This document shows positions 26,730 through 38,484 of a stretch of 64,000 bases of DNA, piece by piece. Made by a program: the position numbers and the translations under genes. Source of the DNA: Balanoglossus misakiensis (Eukaryota; Animalia; Hemichordata); assembly GCA_040954595.2 (NCBI GenBank), contig CM082580.2, positions 424,783 through 488,782 on the forward strand, given 5' to 3'. How positions within the stretch are numbered: position 1 is the first letter of the stretch; each line of letters opens with the position of its first letter. The notes below the pieces were generated by a model that was not told the DNA's origin, did not search any database, and saw nothing but the letters and a program-made list of their open reading frames with translations.

Positions 26730-29264
26730 GTTTGGATTGACCACTGTGTTACCACTAAAATTTTTTATAGCAATGTTCTTTCAATTTCGAGTCTTTGCAA
26801 TGTTGTTGACTCCGACCATATTCCTGTTTCAATAGAGGTTCATTTCAACACTTCTGCTGATGAATGCTTCAGCAGTAGTTCCTTCAAGCAATGTAATTTT
26901 CGAGTTGATTGGAAAAAATTGTCACAGCAGAATATATCCGCCTACACCCGTTGTACCAAAGCCAAGGTTGATAAGATTAATATATCCGAAGAGTTATTCT
27001 GCACTAATGTGAACTGTACATACCCTTCGCATTTACAGGCAATTGATACTTGTTATAGTAGTGTTGTGGACGCATTGAATTGTGCTGCAAAAGATACCAT
27101 TAGGCGTAAGTTTCACCAGAAAGTTCATGTTGTGCATGGCTGGAACGATTTTGTAAAAGAAAGTCACGACTATGCCCGTTCCATGTTTTTATTATGGGTT
27201 AATGGGGGTAAACCTTAACAAGGCCCGCTTTTTGAAACCATGAAATCTTCCAGAGCTCGTTTTAAGTATGCTTTACGTGCTTGTAAAAAGATTGAGAATC
27301 AAAATAGGGCTGACAAGATGGCTGACAATTTACGCTGCCACAAACAGAACGACTTCTGGAAGGAAGTCAGAAAGCAAACTAGCAGAAAAATGCCGCTTTC
27401 TGACACTGTAGGTGGAGCGACTGGTGAGAGTGAAATTGCAATTATGTGGCACAAGCATTTCAGTGATATTTTGAATTCTGTCCAGGCTCAGACTGGTAAA
27501 AATGACATCGAGGAGAAAATGAAGTATGTTAAATTTTCTTCTGATATGTATGTTTCTGAAGAAGAAGTAATTTCTGCTATACATAAGTTACCTGACGATA
27601 AGACAGCTGGCATTGACAATATTTCAGCTGAGCACCTCAAATTCTCAGACTCCTCTATTTTACCCATTTTGACTTGATTGTTCATGGTTACCTGCAAACT
27701 GAGGCTATCAAAGTTATTTTAGTTCCAATTAAGGATAAAACTAAGCTTTGTAGTGATGCCAGTAACTACCGGCCGATAGCACTAGCAACTGTTTTCTCTA
27801 AAGTTTTTGAGCCTATTTTACTTTCTCGTTGTGAGGAGTTTCTTACCTCTCATTATTTACAATTTGGTTTCAAGCGAGAACATTCAACTGACCTGTGTTT
27901 ATTTGCATTTAAAGAAATCATTAGCTACTACACCAGCAATGGAAGACCAGTGTTTACTTGTTTTCTGGATGCTTCAAAAGCTTTTGACAGAGTTAATCAC
28001 TTTAAACTGATTAACAAGCTCATCGACAGGAATGTTCCCTTGTATGCTGTACGAATTTTATATTAAAGGTCCCATGCCATGCCCTATACAACCACGCGTA
28101 AAATCACTATTTGGGTCTTGAAGTTAACGTATGTTACTATCTTGCAATGCGTTTTGCCCCTTGTGCTTAGATAACAAGCAAGTAAAAGTGGCGGGTGGGC
28201 GTGTACCCCTAACCCAACTCAGTCGATTTTTTTTGGCTTTTCGAAGTTAAGCCGAAGACTTATCTTGATGTGGACAAATAGTCTTTCACACCTTTGTAAA
28301 TCCTCTGCCTGCAATGTGAGGCAAGGGCTTCCTTTGCTTTGAACACTGTTTATATAGCTTATCTTTGTCTGTGGACTTAATTACTCATGGACCGATAATT
28401 ACACTTTACTGTAAACAGAATGGTACACTACGACATAGTGTACTTGTTTGTCCATATGCAAATACCTTCGCCTGGCTCGAGTGCGAAGTGGCTCCCCGAT
28501 CACAGGCATGAAAAAAGGTGGCAAATTCCGGCATTCGTGCACATTTTTCGGAACCGACACAATAGGCAATGCATAGACAGGTACCCTAGGTGAGCTTTTG
28601 ACGTGGAAAAATGAAAACTTTCCAAAGCATGACATGTGACCTTTAATGGTACAGAAATCAATTGTTTACTGTGTTGTGGGGTAATGAAACCTCAGAGTTG
28701 TTTTCTGTTTCTAACGGTGTAAGACAAGGGGGAGTACTCTCTCCCTATCTTTTTAATGTCTACATTGATGATCTTATCAATGCACTCTGTAAAGCCAAAG
28801 TTGGCTGTACCATGTGTGGTGTCAGCGCTAACACTTTAGGTTACGCTGACGACATGACTCTACTCAGTCCAAGTATTAAGGGTCTACACCGTCTTCTTAG
28901 AATTTGTGAAATTTATGGCAAGGATTATGATATAATTTATAATTCTAGTAAAACTGTGTGCATGCTTTTTAATGGGAAGAATATGAGCGTTCAAAGAATT
29001 CCTTCGGTTAAACTTAATGACATCACTTTAAAGTTTGTACCTGTACACACCTATCTGGGCCACGTTATATCTTGTGAGGGTTGTGATAATGAAGATATTG
29101 AACGACAGAGAAGAGCATTTTGTGTTAGAGCAAACATGCTATTGAGACATTTTCAACATTTTAGTCAAGATGTGAAGAAAGTTTTATTTTTGGCATATTG
29201 TAGTAATATTTACTGTTGCAGTTTGTGGGCATCCTTTAAAGTAAAACCGATGAAAAAATTTTAA
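26730..29264 (+). pseudogene. Degraded non-LTR retrotransposon ORF (APE endonuclease C-terminus plus reverse transcriptase), probably RTE-X-like; truncated at both ends
   Basis: In-frame APE motifs WIDH (26733) and SDH (26811). RT motifs NYRPIAL, QFGFK, FLDASKAFDRVNH, GVRQGGVLSPYLFNVYIDDL and YADD lie across ORFs 26919-27218, 27240-27677, 27674-28066 and 28662-29264. Contains stops, frameshifts and one 576-bp insertion. Clade call is tentative. Confidence 0.93.
28067..28642. mobile_element. Non-autonomous Kolobok-type DNA transposon inserted in the LINE RT
   Basis: ttaa|aggtcccatgccatgc...gcatgacatgtgacct|ttaa gives a 16-bp TIR with 2 mismatches and a TTAA duplication. Removing it rejoins the RT frame (RILY*WYRNQLFTVLWG). 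Confidence 0.9.
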
Positions 29265-29973
29265 ACAGTGGACTTTGACCCTAAGTCGCTAATGTTGTGG
29301 GAGGTTTCATTAGCATTGTAGTCACATGTAGTGGATAGTAGTTTGGGAAATTGGCTGAAATACGTCAGCAGACCAGTGATTTTCTTGCACGACAGGAGTA
29401 TGGTACCAGCAATAATCAGAGATCAGGCTTCGTTGCCGTTCAAAAGTTCCTACTTCAGTCGTGATGTTGCAACTGGACGTTCAGTATGGGGGTCGGCCCG
29501 CAGGTGGCCGTGTGGGTTATCAGGTCGCCCGTAACGGCACGCAGCTACATGCAGCTGTATGGGACTAAAATAATACACCCGATTCGGGTGTCACCTGTGA
29601 CACCTGCATAACTCAATAATTATGTGCATGCGTAATTGTGGGGTCAATGAAAGGGGTGGTAGCGTGCTATTTGTTGCACATGGATCAATATGAAGTCCGA
29701 TTTTCCCGTCAAGTTGTGGGCGACCTTATGTGACCTTTCACCTACTTTTGCTTAGTGAGCATCCACAGCAGATGCATGCAGCTTTGGCTTGGGAGGGGGG
29801 GGGGCATATACGGATGGGACCATAATGATATACCAAAGGCGGGGTCGTCTGTTGCACCTGCCTAAGTCATTGATTTTGTACATTTAATTAGACACTAACC
29901 AACAGGGCGATAGGGCTGGTTTTTGTTCCACAGGGACGAATGTAAGTGTCAGTTGGTTTGTGCCCAAATGTCC

Positions 29974-30826
29974 ATTGAGGCCTGTATCCGTGATCTTAAG
30001 GACTGGATGACCCAAAACAAGCTTCAACTCAACGACTCCAAAAACTGAGATTCTACTTATTCGTTCACAATTTCATCACTCTGCTGATGCTATTGACAAG
30101 ATTACCATTGGTTCAAGCTCTGTTCCCGTCGTTAAATCAGCTCGCAATATTGGTGTAATATTTGACAATACGCACATGTATAAAGATCACATCAAGAAAA
30201 CTTGTCAATCAATATATTACCACTTTCGCCGTGTCGGACAAATCAGGAAATTTCTTAACAAAGCAACATGTCAAACAGTGATTCATGCTATTTTGGCAGC
30301 GAAACTCGACTATGGTAATGCATTACTGTATGGTATACCAGAACGCAGTCTGAACCTTCTACAACGCACACAAAATACAGCTGCAAGAATCATAACTCGG
30401 TCCAGGAAGTCTGCCCATATAACGCCAGTTCTTCAACTTCTTCATTGGTTACCAGTTCGCCACAGGATAGAGTATAAAATAAATCTGCTCACATACAAAG
30501 CCTTAAATAATCTCGCTCCGAACTATATCCGCGATCTCATTCGGACATATTCTCCTGGTCGCAGGCTTCGTTCAGCTAATAAGAGCCTTTTATGCACTAC
30601 AATGTACAAACGTTCTTCATACGGTGGCCGAGCATTCTCTCATGCTGCAACGAAACTGTGGAACATTCGTCAAGCTCCAAGTTTGAGTATCTTTAAGAAA
30701 AGACTGAAGACGCATTATTTCGCAAGAGCATATGGTGTGGGCCAATGAGCACAAGCGCCTTTGAGTATGACACTTGTTATAGATACTGGCGCTATACAAA
30801 TTTCTCTGATTGATTGATTGATTGAT
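29974..30826 (+). mobile_element. 5'-truncated L2-clade LINE, 3' fragment with (TGAT)n tail
   Basis: IEACIRDLKDWMTQNKLQLNDSK/TEIL, then ORF 30176-30748 with LDYGNALLYG, HITPVLQLLHWLPVRHRIEYK, GRAFS and FKKRLKTHYF. The 3'UTR has a gcgcc...ggcgc stem followed by (tgat)5 at 30807-30826. Confidence 0.92.
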
Positions 30827-31635
30827 GTATAAGGTGATTTGGATGACCTCTGTCATAGAGTGCCATATCTCATCCCGTTGTACAGGTGCAGCTTTGGTAT
30901 TTGGAGGGATGAAACTATCATGAAATGCCAAATACAGGGGGATACCTTTGACACCTGCTTGATTCATGTATTACGTGCATACCTAATGTTAGGCAAAGTG
31001 AAAGGGCTGCAAATGTAGGATTTGTTGCACAAGACATAAACAGGAATGAAATTTTTCTGTCAAATTTTTGAATGACCTCAGGTGTCCATTGACCTGCTTT
31101 CCATATGTTAGCATGCACATCATATATAGCCACGTGTTTGGAGGGGTAGGGTAGGACCGTCATGAAATGCTAAATTCCTAGGGCCACCTGTAACTTACTT
31201 GCGTAACTCATTATTATGGCCATACCTAATTTTAAAAACCCAAAGGGCGAGAATTTTCCGTTGTCTTGAATATGAACCAAATAGGAATCCAAATTTTTGG
31301 CCCAATTTTTGGGTACCCTCAGCTGACCTTTGAAGTACTTAACTGAAGTCCTTACATAACGTAGAAGTTCACTTGTGGTTGTTGTGTTTGTACTTGTAGG
31401 ACATCCATTTCGGGTGGTTGCCTACTTCCCCATATCTCCACATCCAGAGCAAATACAGCCTACGCAATTGAATGGTACAACCCTGAATGGAGTCTAATGG
31501 TTATTATCTCTATGCTTGGGCCCATTCAATGCTGCTTGCAGCTTTAATTATTACTATTATTATTGTCACGATATAAAGACACCAACTAAAAACTTACAAA
31601 ATCACAATGTCTTCACAACTCAAAATTTCACTCAC

Positions 31636-32727
31636 TTCTTTTAGTTTGGTAGCCACCCCTCCTTTCTGTCCTAGCATAACAGGAGCACCATCACTGCCCA
31701 AAGCAGACAGACGATCTCTTAAGACAATACCATTCTCTGAAGAAAACTCTTTCACTGACTGTGCAATGGTGTCTGCTCTGCCATCACCAACCTAAAACAG
31801 TGAAAATAAAACCTTGATGTTAACACATGCAATGTACAACTCAATGTTTGTCTCACCTGAAATAACTAGTCAGCAAAATCAATTAAATGAGGTCACTCAA
31901 AAACATGTTTAATCGTATGTTTTTAATTCAGTGTAGACTTAAAAATTGAAAAACTTTCCACTTACTTCTTTAACTCCAAGGAAAGACACAACTGACTTCC
32001 CAGACTTCAAGGTGTACTTGGAATAGATGATTAATTGCTTCAATACAGCCACATTAGTTGTTTTCATCTATTAACAGTGAATAGAAGTTACTTCCTTTCA
32101 TCTTCTCTAAAATCTCATCACGGATGACTTTGCCTGAAAAATAAAATAAATGAAAATTACTCTTCAGATTAAACTTATCAAAATTCACAGTAATTTGTAC
32201 AGTAATTATTCTTTATTGAGTGTAACACTATTGCTTAAACAGTGATCCTTTCTTGAAAACAACCAGGTTTAAATAAATGTTACTACATTGCCTACAATTT
32301 AGATCTGCACAAAAATCAGTAGACCTACTTACCAATGCAATAAACCATTATAGTTGTGGTCATCACTGCTGAGAGTACCAAGGAATGAACACCCGAGGGA
32401 CTTTGCCAATTCCAAAACATGGATGAAGTTGGTGGTGTGCGGCAATTCTCTGTGCATGAGAAAATACATGCATCGTAGGACGCCGATGCATGAAGGCTTG
32501 CGTCTCAAAGGTGATGACCTTGTCAAATGCAGCCACAAGACCGCTGCTGTTCTCGATAACTGCTGCCTCGGCGTCAAGCTGCATTGCCGCCCGGTCGATA
32601 ATCGTCTCTTCATGCTGCTTGAGTTTGTCTTCGCGAAGGGTGGTACATGTACATGGAGATGTTGTAACCCAAGTCCCTCCGCACTTGGCCTTCTGCTTGT
32701 GTTTTGTACAAAGGCGACAAAACATCC
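31636..32727 (-). pseudogene. Intron-containing hAT-superfamily transposase remnant (ZNF862-like); exons 32727-32333, 32133-31966, 31791-31636
   Basis: Exon 1: GMFCRLC...LKQHE...MYFLMHRELPHTTNF..LELAKSLG. Exon 2: GKVIRDEILEKMKGSNFYSLLIDE/TTNVAVLKQLIIYSKY..FLGVKE. Exon 3: VGDGRADTI..LGSDGAPVMLGQKGGVATKLKE. All have ag/gt(a/g)agt boundaries. Frameshifts occur in exons 1 and 2. Confidence 0.85.
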
Positions 32728-33815
32728 CTAAACTGAATAAATATCATTCTCTCAAATGCCAGCCGCATGCGGGAGCGTGCACCAGAAACAATAAATATTT
32801 ACCAAGGCGGGAATGAAAAGAAAGCAGGGCGGCGCGTAAGATAGCAGGGTGGCAAAAAATAAAGGAGGGCGGGCCTGCCCAGCTAACCCCCCCCCCCCAA
32901 AGTATTAACGCTCTGTGTTTACCATAGACTAATAGTGTCTCAAATTTTACCCTGTGTGAACCTGGTAAGAGACGTGTCTCAAATCTGAGAAGATTCAGGA
33001 CCACTTAAACCATTCACCAATAATAATTTATGCCAGTATTTGATCTGAGACGTTTTAGCAATTTCTTGTGTGACCCTCATATCAGTTGAAGCTGACAAAT
33101 CCAGTATTTTGAATTTTTACATGGATTTTGTATACAGTGTGAATTGTAATTAAAGCTCCATTACCTTTACCTTTTTCCTATGTTTTCAGTATCTTTGTTT
33201 AGCAGTTTCTTGTGCAAATTCCCGAAACATGATGAAACATATATGTGTATGGTCAGCATTGTTATTGTGCCAAATTGGAATTTAAGTCCAGACTAGAATC
33301 CATGAATTATTGTCAACAATGACAATGGCCATTATACACATACATTCTGTGCTGACAAGTAACAATCTGTGTGGAGTAGAACATGAAATCGCATTTGCTA
33401 CATAGAACAAAAATACTGGAAATAAAGCCAAAAGATACAACGAATGTATATTTAACTTTAACTGCATTCTCATTCTCATCTGTATATATTTTACTGAGAT
33501 TGTTTCATCAAGGGTTTATCAGTATTCTAAACCAGCTTATGTGTGCATACAATCTGATTAAAATCAGATGTAGGGTACGGCGACGTCTTTTACTTCGCAG
33601 TACGGTATTCTTATACTGTCGCCTCACACTACATCTGACCAACTCCCATAGAAGCTCCCGTTGAAAACTCTAGTAAACCAATCAGACGGTGCCTTATAGA
33701 GAACTTTAGGTATCCTTCAGTTTTGATTGACATAACGTGCAATCTGATTGGCTTGGCCGCAACGGGACGTTGAACAAGCTTCTATATCTGATTCATATAA
33801 TACTGAAAGGGTTAA

Positions 33816-34757
33816 GAATGGCACACACTACATGTATGAGCTCATGGAATGTGTTTCTTCCCATAGGATAACATTAAGAATTGATAGAAAACCCTTTTCT
33901 ACTATTGTAATTTTAAGAAGTTTCACTCATAACTCATCCAAATGAAATTAAATTGAGTGATTCATATAAGTTGTAGGCTCACCACTGTGCTCAGTTTTGA
34001 GATAAACTTAAATGTGTCCATGCCTATAGAAAAATAACATAGAAAGACCTATGGTGAAAAATGTTGACTTTAATTCAGGCTGCATTAGTGGAAAAATAAT
34101 CATACTTTGTCTGGCATAGAAACTCAGAATCTACAAAAAAGGCCTTTAAAACATGAATGGAAATGAAAATACTGCTACAATAAGAAATTCTTACCTTGAA
34201 TAAAGTATTTATTGGTACCACCACTTCCATAAAGAAACCACTTTGCTGGTGTAATGAGTTGTCAATCTGGGTTTGCTCATTGGCCTTGCTTTGAGTTCCA
34301 ATTCATGATGATGGTGTATTAGGACACTGGACTTGAAACAGGTGTATGCTGGTATTATACACGTTGAAAGTATTGTCATTCTTTTAATTGTGGATTTTTG
34401 GATTATGCTGTGTATGTATAATGAGAATTCGTTAAAAATTGTAGGGGTCATTGCCCTTTTTAAAAAAAATACAGAGCCATGAATTTAGTTGATAATAGAA
34501 GAAATTTGCTGTCTCAGCATTTTTCACCAATGGTTTGTCTATGGGCGAAGATTTTAACGCAATTTATCTCATAATAGAGCTTGGTGACCACATAATTTTT
34601 TTTGACCAATGAATTTACGTTTACTTGACTGAGCTATGTGTAAAATTTCGTGAAAAAGACAATAGTAGAAGTTTGTTTTCTGGCAATTATCGATGTAATC
34701 CTTTCAGGAACAGACACACATGCACTGTTTATCAGTTTATGTTGTGCGTGTACATCC
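33816..34757. mobile_element. TTAA-flanked element family B with long, diverged inverted arms
   Basis: ttaa|gaatggcacacactacat...atgttgtgcgtgtacatcc|ttaa. Left-arm tagaaaacccttttctactattgt pairs with right-arm acaatagtagaagtttgttttct. Confidence 0.65.
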
Positions 34758-35062
34758 TTAAATGGTATTTGCCTCTCATGCCTTCCAAATTGTGATTCTG
34801 TTCTAGTGTTTTTGTTAAGGGCGGTACCTAGATAAAATCTACCGGAGTACCCCAGTCACTCCGAATTAAAACAACAGAACAAGGCCAATGTCACAGTGGT
34901 CAGGCAGTCTACCAGAGTTCCCCAGTCATTTTACCGGGGTTCCCCTGGATGTATCAATGTGGTTATATTAGGAGGTTATAGGAATATTAACGGGGTTCCC
35001 AAATCCATTACCAGTGTTCCCCGACCTTTGCAAAAACACTGTGTTCTTTTTATCCTCCACAG

Positions 35063-35551
35063 GAAGAGACAAAGAAAAGCATAGCAACCTCTGCTGATAC
35101 TGCCACAACAAGCACAAGCACAAACACACCCCAGCCTGTAGCTTCTGCGAACCAACAACCCCCACCCTATCCAGCCGCATCATACCAGCAACACTTCCAG
35201 CAGATGTCATACCCGAACCCATTCGTGTCTCAGTACGCTGCGTTTGCAGGAGCCGGACAGCCGCCACGACACAGAGATGCGGCATCGAACAACGACAACA
35301 CCGTTCAACCGCCAGCCGATGCAACACCCCAGGCAGATGTCAACACTCCCCTAGCACCAGAACCTGCAACTGCCAACACAGAAAACACCCCCAGAGAAAT
35401 GCCAATGACAATGCTACCACAGAGACAAACATACGACAAAGAAATGTCAGCCAGCAAGGGTATGAGCAACCCAGAAGAAGAAACGACACACTATCAAATC
35501 AGAATAATCGCCAGATACGTCAGCAAGAAAATAGTAATTCTTTCGTGTTGA
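35063..35551 (+). CDS. Candidate coding exon: Pro/Thr/Gln/Ala-rich disordered segment with a PPPY (PPxY) motif
   Basis: Polypyrimidine acceptor ttctttttatcctccacag|GAA is in frame with ORF 35204-35551, giving 162 sense codons before the stop: EETKKSIATSADTATTSTSTNTPQPVASANQQPPPYPAASYQQHFQQMSYPNPF... Composition differs clearly from the AT-rich flanks. Possible internal donor at 35460. No homolog recognised. Confidence 0.5.
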   Translation, partial: EETKKSIATSADTATTSTSTNTPQPVASANQQPPPYPAASYQQHFQQMSYPNPFVSQYAAFAGAGQPPRHRDAASNNDNTVQPPADATPQADVNTPLAPEPATANTENTPREMPMTMLPQRQTYDKEMSASKGMSNPEEETTHYQIRIIARYVSKKIVILSC

Positions 35552-36261
35552 TAGTGCTGTTGAGTCTAGCCTTAGCAGCTCTTATGTTGAGACGATTATT
35601 CATTACATACGAGTTTAAATTTGATTATAATGTGTAGTTTATGAAAATATTTAATTAATTCACAACTGATGACAGGTCAAATGTTATTATTTTCCTCGAG
35701 TTTTCATACACATCTGGAATGTTGTCTATATCTTAACAAAAACTATTGTTTAAAAGTCCTGGTGAAAAATCAAGCCAGCCATTATTTATTGTATTGAAAT
35801 AGATGGGGGGAGGCACAATGAAAATGGCATATGTTTAGCCTATAGATTTCTGGAAACCACTGGTGAACTCGCTGATAGTACTGAGCAATCTGAATGATAT
35901 GAACATAGTGGTTATTTGGTTGTAGATACAAGACCTCTCTGCAAAATTTTCCTCAAAGAGGTTTTAAATCCGTAACCAAATATAAGCGCACACCATTTAT
36001 AATGTCATTATATATAATATGATTTTGTGTGATAAAAAATCTGATGTTTGGATTTTAAGTATTACATGCCAGAAAGGCCTCGTTGCTCACTGCTCATGAA
36101 AATGCCACTTGTACAAACATGTTCTAGAATTTCTTAAGTAGAGCGCCCTGATGCCCATGACCAATCCAAGTTAATAAATTGTGTTCTATTCAGATGCATT
36201 CTCTTTTGTGTATTTTATTTCAGTTATTTACTGTTCAGGTCTTCTAGTAGAGAATGTTATG

Positions 36262-36660
36262 ACAGAACCCCATGGCTCGATCGTGCAAGCACGGCGTAAC
36301 GGTAGTATTTGCATCGAGTGTCTGGCGGTGTATTCTTGTGCCCGTCCCCCGCACTCGCTGTCGCTCGTGCGGGGGGCAGCAAGAATACACCGCCAGCACG
36401 AGTGCAAATACTACCGGTACGCCGTGCTTGCACGATTGAGCCATGGGGTTCTGTTTTTATTACATATGTTCATCCCATTTTGAAAAAAAGACCGAAAATG
36501 AAAGAAATGAGACCGCGGAATGATATTGCTTGTTTCGTGAACAGGCCACTCATTTGCATACAGGTATAGCATAATGTTTTTGGTATTGCACTGAGTGCAA
36601 ATACCGATGTTACGCGCGCGCTCGGTGCAAGTAATCGACGGTACATATGTAATAAAAACC
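36262..36660. repeat. GC-rich ~190-bp near-perfect palindrome plus a second inverted pair; probable non-autonomous DNA element
   Basis: acagaaccccatggctcgatcgtgcaagcacggcgta... pairs with ...tacgccgtgcttgcacgattgagccatggggttctgt (36262-36454). tttttattacatatgt (36454-36469) pairs with acatatgtaataaaaa (36643-36658). Confidence 0.85.
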
Positions 36661-38214
36661 CTTGCTTCAACCAATTACAGAGCTTCAATCAGACCAAGTA
36701 AACCCTGGTATTATAAATTTATGATCTATGTTATACAGGTATAGGACATTTTGTCTTTCACCATGTTTACACTGGGTAAAATGAGAAACATTTCAGATAC
36801 CAGGTTCAGGCAGGGAAAAATTTGAGACACTATTTGCCTATGGTAAACACAGAGCATTAATCCTTTGAGTCGTTTGTGTCCACACACACAAAGTTTATGT
36901 ATAGGCACTGCGAGGCTCGGCCCCATAGACAATGGGTTGCGAAGAGGTGTTAATCATTACACCGGATCAGGTCTGGCTGGCAAAACCGTCTCAAATCTGA
37001 AACGTTCCAGGAAGACTTTAATTGTTCACAAAGTATTTTTTATGTCAATGTTTGAGTTGAGATGTTTCAGAAAACTTTCAATGGTCCCTATGTGAATGCC
37101 CTATTTTTAGTTCCTTTGTGTTGTATGTACAAACACATACAAGTTTCAGCTTTAGGGATCAGTCAGAGCATATTATCAAGCAGTCTGTCTATCGGTTGCT
37201 ATGTGTGTGTGTGTCTCATCTCCACAAAAAATATGTAGCACTACATGTACTTCATGAATCACAATATACACACAGTGACTGGCTGTGAGGGTAACATGTG
37301 GATGACATGATGGTGTTATAATGCTATTAAGTGCAAATGTAAAACCTGGACTACAGGCAAGATTTTTGAAAGGACGGTAAATGTTGATGCAAAGAATGTT
37401 TGAGTCAGCCTATGCACGTGAACTCAAATATACAGAAAAATTTACAAATCTTAAAGTAACATTTTCGTATGGAATTGTGTACTTTTGAAAATCATTTCAA
37501 AATCATGTTATAGACTTGTTGAAAGACTGTTGACTACATCTGATTAAAAAGAAACATGAAATTCAAGCAATAACCAGTTTTTTACTTCTCTCTTGTACAT
37601 AATCATCATGACATGATCAATAGGTCATTGTCATGATCCCTATGTGACTTCTTGACTTGCATATTCATTGGAATGAATCCTCTATTTTGAATTAAAACTC
37701 TGTAAGTGCCAATAATATTCACTAATTTGAATTCCCATTTTGATCTATTTTTTGAAAAACTTTTCGCCATGTATAGCTCGCACTATTTCTACAAAACAGG
37801 GACAAATTGGCTGAATTTCCAATGTTGTGTTAACTGTTTTATTAATCATGAGGAAAAAGCGCCGGGCTTATAACTTCCACGGGCGCGCCCAACATTATTT
37901 GGGCGATACCATTTTGTGGTAGGTGTCACTGGCAAACATGCACCGGACTTCTGATTTATATACTACATGTACTAGGGTCTCACTTGTTGCAACAGTGTTA
38001 AAGAAATCAAACGGTTTTGTTTTGGCCGGTAAACACCGATGGATTCACTCTTAAGTCCATCGTGCATCCAAACGCAGTCGAGTCAGTTTGGTCATTGTTT
38101 ATGCGACAGTAAATGCCAAATGTGACAGAAGCATCATATTAAATGAGATAGAATACACAAACAAACAAAGATACGAATAAACAAACAGGCAAACAAACAA
38201 ACAAACAACCATGA

Positions 38215-38467
38215 AGGACTGTTCAGAATTTACTTCCAAGTTGGGGATGGAGGATTTTTTATTTTCCTGGTGATTTTTTCCCATGGTCTCCCCTAGTAAA
38301 TTGTGGAGGAAATATGTGGTCCCCCCTTAAATTTCCTGGGGATTTTCCATGGTCCCCCTATTGTGACTTTTATGTCTAGTCTCCCCTAATTTGTCTTGGA
38401 GAAAATGGGTGGTCCCCCCCCCCTCTGAAAATTCTCCGCCCCCTGGAAGTAAATTCTGAACAGTCCC
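38215..38467. mobile_element. PIF/Harbinger-type MITE
   Basis: TIRs ggactgttcagaatttacttcca / tggaagtaaattctgaacagtcc. Flanks are tga and tta (degenerate TWA TSD). Internal tggtcccc repeats. Confidence 0.8.
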
Positions 38468-38484
38468 TTATTAAAGCCAACAGC

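Noticed and set aside
31330-31545. Minus-strand LQAALNGP, resembling a hAT C-terminus
   Set aside because: Too short and followed by stops. It cannot be linked to the transposase exons with confidence.
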